A stretch of 64,000 nt of DNA from an uncultured Gemmatimonadales bacterium (GTDB taxonomy: Bacteria; Gemmatimonadota; Gemmatimonadetes; Gemmatimonadales; GWC2-71-9). Below are positions 53,001 through 60,898 of the stretch, piece after piece. The DNA is taken from positions 64,001 through 128,000 of the forward strand of contig CAVYSW010000010.1 of NCBI GenBank assembly GCA_963771275.1. The letters run 5' to 3'. Within the stretch, counting starts at the first letter, position 1. Every line of letters begins with the position of its first letter. A program made the position numbers and the translations under genes. Below the pieces are notes generated by a model. That model saw only the letters and a list, made by a program, of their open reading frames with translations, searched no databases and had not been told where the DNA came from.

Positions 53001-53112
53001 CACCGCAGCGGTCGCCGAGCACGCGGAGTGAGGGAACTGCTGCGCACCATGCGCCGACCCCAGCACCCGACGATCACGGGCTTGCTCTGCGGTCTCTGCG
53101 GACTCCGCGGTG
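53001..53112. repeat. Imperfect 28-bp inverted repeat built from 9-mers (CTCTGCGGT-like)
   Basis: 53001-53028 matches the reverse complement of 53085-53112 at 20/28 positions. Lies between convergent genes. Confidence 0.65.
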
Positions 53113-53202
53113 AGACGCGTCATCGAACCTATGACCAAGGGTACTAGCCAGGCGCCAAGCCTGAGCGGCACGAGGGCGAACGCTTTGGCGGCGCCGGCCG
53201 GA

Positions 53203-53818
53203 CTACTTCTTCTGTAGCTGGAACCAGCCGGGGAACGGCTCCTCCACCGCCTCGTACGCCTTCGCCTTGTCCTTGAACAGCCCCACGCCCTCGATGTCCT
53301 GGTAGCGCCACCGGACCCCTTCCAGGATCCCCTTCTCACGAAGCTCCTGTGCGACGGTGTTCTCGATCGCGTTCACGTTGAGGTTCTCGATCTGGCTGAC
53401 CCCCTTCTTCCCGCGTTGCACCATGGCGCGGAACGTCGCCGTCGTTCGAGAGCCGCTGATAGGCATGACCCATCTCGTGCATCAGGAGCATCGCCGGCGA
53501 TAACGCGCCGGCCATGCTGTCCTCGTCCTGCAGGTGTGCCGGGACCGCCGCGAGCGTCTTCTGGTAGCTGCCCGCCGATTTCCGATGCCCCTCTTCGTCC
53601 TTGGTCTGCACTCGTTTGTACGGATTCCAGCGGATCGTCCCGCCCAGGTCCTCGCCGGGTCGATACCCGTTCTTCTCGACGTAACCACCGATCTCCACGT
53701 TGATCGTGGCCGGACTCTCCTCGAGCTGGTCGATGATGAACGTGGCGAGGTCCGACTGCCTGAGGTAGGCGAGCGTCTGTGCGAACAGCTCCGTGTAGCG
53801 CTTGGTGTAGAAAGCCAT
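53203..53818 (-). CDS. HExxH zinc metallopeptidase (M91/NleD-like), with a +1 frameshift near 53440
   Basis: GGTIRWNP, SPAMLLMHEMGHAYQ, then in a second frame IENLNVNAIENTVAQEL..G..EGVR.RY. Confidence 0.65.
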
Positions 53819-53992
53819 GCGGCCGCTCCCGGAAAGCCCGTCGCCAATTTGGGCCTTTCGCCGCACGGCACAACAAGAGGTCTTGTCGGCTTTCCTCCAG
53901 TGGCTCTGTGAGTCACCCTCCGGCACATTCTCCGCGGGCTACCTGCGTCGTCGATCCCGCGCAGCAACGCCCCAACCACCCGCATGGTCTCC

Positions 53993-54559
53993 TTACTTCG
54001 CGATCCCGATGACGCCGCAGGCGAGCCGCGCTCCCGCCGCCCCCGTGGGCTGGGTCGCGAAGTCGTCCGGCTGGGCATGGACGATCACGCCTCGCCCGAG
54101 GATGCTGTGCGCGCCGGTCAGGCTTACCTGGGTGTCCGTGCGCTCGTACGACGCCCTCCCCTGAGCGTCCGCCGTGAGGTTGCCAAGGTCGCCGACGTGG
54201 CGGGCGGACGCGTCGGGCCCGGCGTGCGGCGCTCCAGCCGGGTTGAAATGGCCACCAGCCGTCGTTCCGTCCGCGCCGCTGCAGTCGCCGAATTCGTGGA
54301 TATGGAAGCCGTGGGCGCCGGCGGGGAGGCCCTCCAGCTGTGCCGTGATGCGCACCCCCACCCCCCCCTCGACCGCCGCGAACGTGACCACGCCGTGGAC
54401 GCTGCTGCCCGCCGTGGGGGCGAGCACCGCGACCGCCCGCGTCGGCGCGGCGGCTGCCTGCTCCTGGTGACCGGCATGCTGTGCCCCCGCCGGAGCGGCG
54501 GTCGGCAGGATCGCGGCGAGCGCGACTCCGAGGGATCGTAAGACGGAATGCGGCATCAT
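53993..54559 (-). CDS. sodC: Cu/Zn superoxide dismutase
   Basis: Signal peptide, HGFHIHEFGDC, GGHFNP, HVGDLGN, GARLACGVI. Confidence 0.95.
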   Translation of the reverse strand: MMPHSVLRSLGVALAAILPTAAPAGAQHAGHQEQAAAAPTRAVAVLAPTAGSSVHGVVTFAAVEGGVGVRITAQLEGLPAGAHGFHIHEFGDCSGADGTTAGGHFNPAGAPHAGPDASARHVGDLGNLTADAQGRASYERTDTQVSLTGAHSILGRGVIVHAQPDDFATQPTGAAGARLACGVIGIAK

Positions 54560-54562
54560 GGT

Positions 54563-56329
54563 CTACTCCAGCGTGGTTTCCTTCTTGCCGGCGTCCGGGG
54601 CCGGAGCCCACAGACTCCCGAATCGGTAGCTGATGGCCAGGAACACTGCGCCGAAGCTGAGCGAGAGGAGAATGCGCCACACCGGCTCCACCTGGCTGAG
54701 GTCGAAGAGGACGAGCTTCGCGGCCGCGAGGAACAGCGTGGCGAGGCCTATGTTGCGGGCCCGCTTGAGCAGCAGCAGCACGGCGAGACCGTAGACGCCC
54801 CACGCGGCGGTCGCGATCCCCCCGCCCGCGGGAAGCGCGGTCAGCTCGCGCCACAGCCAGCCGAGGATCGCAGCATGCGCGATCAACCGGTACCATGACC
54901 TCGCACGCGCGTCCACCCACCATGACGCGGCCAGTCCCGCGGCGATCACGCCCGCATCGGCCAGCGCCCGCACATTGAGCACCGCCGCCGCCGGGAGGGG
55001 ATCCCCGACGAAGCGCTGCAGCAGCCAGACGGCCACGATCGCCCACAGCAAATGCCCCGCAGCGCCGATGCCGCGGTCGTCGAGCCGGGTGGCGAGCACG
55101 TGCAGTCCGGCCGCTTCCACCGCCCACAGCACGATCTGCAGGTTCCCGCGTGTCAGCAAGGCAATGGCGATCGCCGTGAGCACCGCGCCCGTCAGCGCGT
55201 GGGCCGACGCGAGCATCGCGACGTTCCGCTCGCGGCGCAGGCGCCACGTCCCCGCGGCGTACAGCGCGGCGCCGGCGAGGACGAGGAGGCCCCAGAGCCG
55301 ATCTCCGGCCGCCCAGACCGACCGCGACGCGAACAGCGCGGCCACCACCGTCGCCAGAACGAGCACTGCGAGATCCAGCTGGGTGAGGTCCTCCCCCGCG
55401 CCGCGTGCCTTCATGGCCAAGCCGGGGGCCGGCGGCCAGCGCGGCGGGTCGCGCCCCGCCAGGACTTCGCGGGCCACCGGCACGAGCCAGAACAGCAGCC
55501 AGAGCACCAGGATACCGGCCTGGAGCGCCAGCCGGTTGGCGGCGGTGTCGGTGTCGAAGCCGAGCGCCAGCACCATCCAGCCGCCGGCGGCCGTCAGCCA
55601 GAGCAGCGAGCGCCACCCCTTGACCAGATAGATCGCGCTCGTCCCAATGAGAAGGACGGACGAATACGCCACCAGGCTCGGCACTGTTCCGGCGTCGGTG
55701 TAGAGGAAGAACGGTGTGCCGAGCCCGCCGATCGCCGCCAGCCCCGCGAGCGCCGCCTCGTCCTGCCGCACGCCCACCCAGAACGCGAACAGCGTGACCA
55801 GCACCATGAACGTGAACGCCACCGGGTAGCTCACGACGTGCAGCAGCTGAAACGCGGCGAAGCCCGTGATGTACCAGGTGGCGATCGCGCCGCCCAACAT
55901 GATCTGGCTGAACCAGCGCTGGCGTGCCTGCACCCGGTACCCGATGACCGCGAGCGCGATGCCGAGGGCCAGACCGAACGCGACGCGGATCGACGGGCCG
56001 AGCCAGCCGCGGTCCACCGCATACTTGAACAGGAACGCAACGCCCGCGAGCAGCAGGGCGATGCCCACGCGGCTGATCCAGTATTGGGGTCCGCGCTCGA
56101 GCAGCGTGGCGACGACCCCGAGCCTGGGTACCGGGGCCGCCGCCGCGTCCTCCCGCGGGACCGCCGGCTGGGCGATGCCGCGCGCGGCTGGCGCGGGGCG
56201 GCTCTGAGCGCCCGCTTCACGGCGCGCCACGGCCGTGATCAGGCCCCTGACCGTCTCCCGGAGATTGTCGACCGCCGTTTCGAGAGCACGGAGCCGCTCA
56301 TCGACCGACCGGTCCGGCAAGTCGCCCAT
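54563..56329 (-). CDS. DUF2339 membrane protein
   Basis: WISRVGIALLLAGVAFLFKYAVDRGWLGP..R, KLVLFDL..V....RILL. Confidence 0.85.
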   Translation of the reverse strand: MGDLPDRSVDERLRALETAVDNLRETVRGLITAVARREAGAQSRPAPAARGIAQPAVPREDAAAAPVPRLGVVATLLERGPQYWISRVGIALLLAGVAFLFKYAVDRGWLGPSIRVAFGLALGIALAVIGYRVQARQRWFSQIMLGGAIATWYITGFAAFQLLHVVSYPVAFTFMVLVTLFAFWVGVRQDEAALAGLAAIGGLGTPFFLYTDAGTVPSLVAYSSVLLIGTSAIYLVKGWRSLLWLTAAGGWMVLALGFDTDTAANRLALQAGILVLWLLFWLVPVAREVLAGRDPPRWPPAPGLAMKARGAGEDLTQLDLAVLVLATVVAALFASRSVWAAGDRLWGLLVLAGAALYAAGTWRLRRERNVAMLASAHALTGAVLTAIAIALLTRGNLQIVLWAVEAAGLHVLATRLDDRGIGAAGHLLWAIVAVWLLQRFVGDPLPAAAVLNVRALADAGVIAAGLAASWWVDARARSWYRLIAHAAILGWLWRELTALPAGGGIATAAWGVYGLAVLLLLKRARNIGLATLFLAAAKLVLFDLSQVEPVWRILLSLSFGAVFLAISYRFGSLWAPAPDAGKKETTLE

Positions 56330-56347
56330 CGCACCTCCCCGTCCGCC

Positions 56348-56689
56348 CTACCCGCGGACGCCCACGACGGCGTTCCCCGTGGGGTTGTCGTTCGTGGGGC
56401 CTCCCATCTTGGCCCAGATCATCCCGATCCAGCGCCGCGCGTCGCCTTGGGGCGCCAGGCCGTGACGATCCCACCAGGTCCGGCCGGTGGGCCGGATGCG
56501 CAGGTAGCTGAGGGGCTCCAGCTTGATGTCGGTGCCGCCCAGGTTGATGGTCGCGCGCGAGGTGCTGTTCGTCACGACGAGGAGATCGCCCCGATCCTCG
56601 AGCGTCATGCCCGGCTGAGCCATCTGCATGTAGCCCTTTTTCCGGTCCTCGACGAGGACGTCTCCTTGGATGGTCACGATCCGTATCAT
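56348..56689 (-). CDS. Small FecR-like N-fragment protein ending at VVGVRG
   Basis: I.GDV.V...AQPGM.L...D..VT..TSRA.I..G..IKL.P.S.L.I...G.IWAK...NAVVGVRG-stop. GGAGG RBS. Confidence 0.65.
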   Translation of the reverse strand: MIRIVTIQGDVLVEDRKKGYMQMAQPGMTLEDRGDLLVVTNSTSRATINLGGTDIKLEPLSYLRIRPTGRTWWDRHGLAPQGDARRWIGMIWAKMGGPTNDNPTGNAVVGVRG

Positions 56690-56882
56690 CGTTCCACCTC
56701 CTCGTGGTTGAGCCAACCAGCGCCGGTCCAACGTGATCGGGCAAGACCGGCGCCCGCGATCATAAGGTGCGGCGCGCGCAGTGCGCTCGCAACCGCCCCT
56801 GGGTGCGACCTGTCCCTGCGGCGCGACCGGCGGTGTACTTTGGAGTTCAGAGTTGCGATTCCGACCTTTTACTGGGGGATCG

Positions 56883-58604
56883 ATGAACCGAGGGGACTCG
56901 ACGCGTCGCACTGTCCGGGGGTTGGTGGGGCTCCTGGTTGCCACGGCGGTTGGACCGCGTGCGGCAACGGCGCAAGTCCGGCTGGTGCCCTTCGTGGGGA
57001 CGTTCGAGCCTCTGGGGGGCCTCGGTAGTCCTTCGGCGGCCAACGCGCAGAACGGTGTGTCGGCCGGGCAGACGCACGCCATGGCGTTCGGGATCGCGGC
57101 TGGTGGCAACCTCACGGGCATGTTCGGCGTGGAAGGCGCCGTAACCCTCGCTCCGTCGGGACTCGGCATCCACGTCCGGGAACCGACCACCGGCGGTGAG
57201 TTCACGCTGGTGCAGAAGGGCTGGATTCTACTGGCGAGCGCGCTCGCGGTGATGGGCCGGCCTGCGGACGGGTCCTACGGTGTCGCCGGCGTCGGCGTCC
57301 AGAAGCGGTGGGGGACGGCGTGGCAGGGTGTGGCAGGCGGTGACCTGTGGTCGGTGGGCGGGGTGTTCGGCATCGGAACCGCGGCCCGCCTGACCGATCG
57401 CTGGCGGTTGGACCTCCGTGCCGAGCTGCGGTTGTACGGCTTCGATCCGGATGGCGGGGGCACGGATTTCGGGTCGTCCCTGGCAACCGACCTGCTCGTT
57501 CGGGTGGGTGTTCCCCTGGCGCTCGGGCAGCCCCGGCGGGCGGACGCGGCGGCGGCGCCGGCTGCACGGAGGGTGGCCACGCGCGACACCGTCGCGGCCG
57601 TCGCGGAGCCTCCGGGGGCCGACCTCCCGCTCGGTGAATCCGTGGTCGCGGTCGCCGCCGGCGGGCGCCAGACCTGCGCCCGCACATCCGCCGGCACCGT
57701 GCGCTGCTGGGGCGCGGCCGGCGGCGCTCCGGCGCCGCGGGTCGACGCCGCACCGTCGCGGGCCGGCGTTACCACCCCGGCGTTGGCGGCGGGCCGCGAG
57801 CACGCGTGTGCCCTGAGCGGCCGTATCGCCCTGTGCTGGGGGAGCAATGCCGCCGGACAACTTGGAACAGACGACCAGCGTGCCCGCGAACACCGCATCA
57901 CCGGCGTCGAGCTCACCGCCCTGGCCGCGGGAGACGAGCACACATGCGGCATCACGGCGGACGGGGCGGTGCTGTGCTGGGGCGCGAACGACCGGGGCCA
58001 GCTGGGGGACGGGTCGACCCGCCGCCGAGCGCGACCGGCGCCGATCGCCGCGAAAGGCCGGTTCACGAGCGTGGCGGCCGGAGGCGACCACACCTGCGCG
58101 CTGCGCCAGGACGGGGTCGTGCTGTGCTGGGGCGACAACTGGTCGGGCCAGGTGGGGAGCGACATGATCGAGTCGATTCCTCAGCCGACCGAGATCGCGG
58201 GGGGGCGCCGCTTCGTGCAGCTCGCCGCGGGCGCCCGGCACACCTGCGCGCTCGACGCCCGAGGTGTGGCATGGTGCTGGGGGGCGAACGCTGCGGGCCA
58301 GCTCGGGGATGGCGGCCGGCGTCAGCGCAATCGGGCGTCCGCGGTGTCGGGCCCGGCGCGCTTCACCGTCGTCGCGGCCGGTGGGGACCACACCTGTGGG
58401 CTCACCGCGGAGGGGGAAGCATGGTGCTGGGGGCGCGGGCGTGACGGCGAGCTCGGCGATGGGGCGTCCGCCGACCGCGCCGTGCCGGTCCCCGCGCGCG
58501 GCGACTCCCGGTTCGCACAGCTGGCGGTGGGGGACCGCCATTCCTGCGGGCTCACCACCGACGGCCGCTTGCTGTGCTGGGGGGACTCCAGGGGGGCCCG
58601 CTGA
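56883..58604 (+). CDS. Outer-membrane beta-barrel fused to RCC1-like repeats
   Basis: Signal peptide, about 200-aa barrel similar to 58660..59298, then about 7 repeats of AG..HTC.L..DG...CWG.N..GQLG. Confidence 0.82.
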   Translation: MNRGDSTRRTVRGLVGLLVATAVGPRAATAQVRLVPFVGTFEPLGGLGSPSAANAQNGVSAGQTHAMAFGIAAGGNLTGMFGVEGAVTLAPSGLGIHVREPTTGGEFTLVQKGWILLASALAVMGRPADGSYGVAGVGVQKRWGTAWQGVAGGDLWSVGGVFGIGTAARLTDRWRLDLRAELRLYGFDPDGGGTDFGSSLATDLLVRVGVPLALGQPRRADAAAAPAARRVATRDTVAAVAEPPGADLPLGESVVAVAAGGRQTCARTSAGTVRCWGAAGGAPAPRVDAAPSRAGVTTPALAAGREHACALSGRIALCWGSNAAGQLGTDDQRAREHRITGVELTALAAGDEHTCGITADGAVLCWGANDRGQLGDGSTRRRARPAPIAAKGRFTSVAAGGDHTCALRQDGVVLCWGDNWSGQVGSDMIESIPQPTEIAGGRRFVQLAAGARHTCALDARGVAWCWGANAAGQLGDGGRRQRNRASAVSGPARFTVVAAGGDHTCGLTAEGEAWCWGRGRDGELGDGASADRAVPVPARGDSRFAQLAVGDRHSCGLTTDGRLLCWGDSRGAR

Positions 58605-58659
58605 AACGACGAGGGGCACACCGGCCGGTGCGCCCCTCGCCACTCAGGTCATCACACCG

Positions 58660-59298
58660 TTACCGGCTCGGGAACGGGATGCCCACCTTGAGCACGATGT
58701 CGGGCCGGAACTTGGCACCGAAACTCGTGCTGCTCCCGCCGTCCGGGTCGAACGAGTAGCCATGCGCTTCGGCCTGGATCTCGAGCGCGAACTTGGGCGC
58801 CACGCGCGCGATCACGCCGAGTCCCAGCACGCCGCCGAACGACATCTTCTCGGAGCTCGTGTAGCCGGTCCACGCGCTGCCGCCGCGATACACGATGCCC
58901 GGGCCGAGCAACAGGAAGAAGTTCGAATTGCGGGGCCGGAACTTGAGGACCAGGTCCCCCATCATGATCCAGCCGTTGAGGTTCTCACTGGTGAGGCAGA
59001 GGCCGGGGAAGTTGGTGGGATCGAAGTTGCAGGCGCGGACGAACGCGTCGCTGGCGACGAACGTACCGGCGAGCTGCACGCCCAGCTGGTCCGAGAACAT
59101 GAAGCCGAAGCTCGCGCCGCCGCCCATGCCCTGGTTCTGAACCGCGTCGATCTGCCCCGACGTGCCGAGGTTCCCCACCGGGTAGTACCCGGCGAAGAAC
59201 GGCGTGACCTGCACCTGTGCCGAGAGCGGTGCGGCGCCCATCGCCCCGATGACCAGCAGCACCGCGCCGAAACCCGACATCCGTAGACGCATGCTCAT
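58660..59298 (-). CDS. Outer-membrane beta-barrel protein
   Basis: Signal peptide (AQVQVTPFFAGY), amphipathic strands, C-terminal LKVGIPF. Confidence 0.75.
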   Translation of the reverse strand: MSMRLRMSGFGAVLLVIGAMGAAPLSAQVQVTPFFAGYYPVGNLGTSGQIDAVQNQGMGGGASFGFMFSDQLGVQLAGTFVASDAFVRACNFDPTNFPGLCLTSENLNGWIMMGDLVLKFRPRNSNFFLLLGPGIVYRGGSAWTGYTSSEKMSFGGVLGLGVIARVAPKFALEIQAEAHGYSFDPDGGSSTSFGAKFRPDIVLKVGIPFPSR

Positions 59299-59419
59299 CG
59301 ACGCCCCCGTGGGAAGGAAGTGGGCCCAATATGCGGCGCCGGCCCGTACTCGACAAGACAGTACCGCTTTCGCCAGTCGCGACGCTTCCGTAGGTTGGGG
59401 ACCACGTGGTTTCGGGGAG

Positions 59420-60326
59420 ATGGCGCATGAGCGTTCTGGGTGAGGCCGGTCGGACCCGGTTGAGCATCCCGGCGGTGCGGCCGGATCGGCCCGTCGATCC
59501 GTTCCTCGCGGCCGTGCGCGAGGCCGCCGGCGCGGATTATACCGTCTACGGGGAGATCGGCCGGGCTGGGGACGGCAGCATCGGGTACCTGGCGCGCGAC
59601 ACGCGGCGCGACGGTCTGGTCGCGCTCAAGCTGGCCTGCCGCCCGGGCGCGCCGGAGGAGTTCGAGCTCGAGGTCGTGCAGGAGCTGCGGGACGATCTCC
59701 CGGCGTTCGACAAGTTCTGCGCGAAGTGCGGCGGCGCCCTGCGCGCGTGGGGCCGGTTCTGCCCGCATTGCGGCGCGGAGGTCTTCGGGGACGTCGGGCC
59801 GTGGTCCCCGGAGGAGATGCGCCAGGCGGTGCTGGACTTCGCCGGCGACCGCTACGACATCCTCGGCGAGATGCGCAGTCAGGGCGGCCGGATCTACTTC
59901 GCGCTCGAGAAGGCGTCGGGCCGGATCGAGGCCTTGCGGCTGGAGAAGAAGGGTGCGGAGGAGTTCGCGCTCGGACTCACCGGCGTGCTGAAGCCGATCG
60001 TCCAGGGCGCTGCGCCGCCCCCCCCGCCCCCGCCCCCGCCCCCCCGGCCGCGCGCGGCGCCGCCCCCGGCGCCCCCCGGGATCTCCGCGGCACGCGTCGA
60101 GCCGGCGCGCCCCGGGTTGACGGCGCCCCCGCTCGCTGCCCGGCCGCGCCCTGCGGTGCCGCCGGCGCCGCCACGCCCGCCCGCTCGGGCTGCACGCCCG
60201 TGGGATGAGTGGATTGCACGCGCGCGCCCGCTGTGGGACGACCTGCTGCAGAGCCCCGCAGCCATCGTGGCCCTCGTCGTCATCGGCATTCTGGTGTTGG
60301 TGCTGGTGCTCGCGCTGGTCACCTGA
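59420..60326 (+). CDS. Membrane-anchored protein with two kinase N-lobe-like modules, a zinc ribbon and a Pro-rich linker (start 59420 with a +1 error, or 59427)
   Basis: YTVYGEIGR..YLARD..LVALKL, CAKC..CPHC, YDILGEMR..YFALEK..IEALRL, poly-Pro, C-terminal TM. Confidence 0.7.
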
Positions 60327-60384
60327 GCGGCCCCGGTCGCGCGGCGGCGGCACGGCCCGCCGCGCACCCGAGGCCGCCGGTCTG

Positions 60385-60858
60385 CTACTGACAGGTGTCG
60401 CGCGTCCGGGCGACCTGGAACTGCACCCGACTGCCGGTCTTGGGAACCCGCACGATCTCCAGCGGGAAGACGTCGATGTCCAGTTGGTTGCAGGCCGTCG
60501 TGATCGTCACGAAGGCGCGGAAGATGTCCTTCTGTGTCCCGACGCTATCCACGTGGATCCGGTCGCCGGCCTTCATGCGCCCGGCCGCCGCGATCAGCAG
60601 CATCTCCTTGTCGAAGTCGACGTTCGGGAGCGACGGCGGATTGGGATTGGTCGAGGTCACGCGCTCCCACTGGCGCTGCCAGTCGAGCGCGTCGGTGACT
60701 GCGACGTAGGACGAGTCCTGCAAGCCACCGGCGTCGTCCTGGTAGACGATCGCCTCGGGCGCCACCGGCCGGAACGGCGTGGACACCACGATGGCGCGGG
60801 AGCACGCGCTCCCGGTGAGGCCGGCGGCAGTCAGCAGTAGCGGAATCCAGGGTTTCAT
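60385..60858 (-). CDS. Lipoprotein with PrcB C-terminal-like domain
   Basis: GSAC lipobox, W...W.R......P.LP.VDFDKEM, P..IVRVPK. Confidence 0.7.
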   Translation of the reverse strand: MKPWIPLLLTAAGLTGSACSRAIVVSTPFRPVAPEAIVYQDDAGGLQDSSYVAVTDALDWQRQWERVTSTNPNPPSLPNVDFDKEMLLIAAAGRMKAGDRIHVDSVGTQKDIFRAFVTITTACNQLDIDVFPLEIVRVPKTGSRVQFQVARTRDTCQ

Positions 60859-60898
60859 CGGTCAGCGCCCTCGTGGCGTCGGCGTCCCGTGGTGCCGG

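Noticed and set aside
60016..60080. C-rich tract as G-quadruplex or contingency locus
   Set aside because: Explained by the poly-proline linker in the reading frame.
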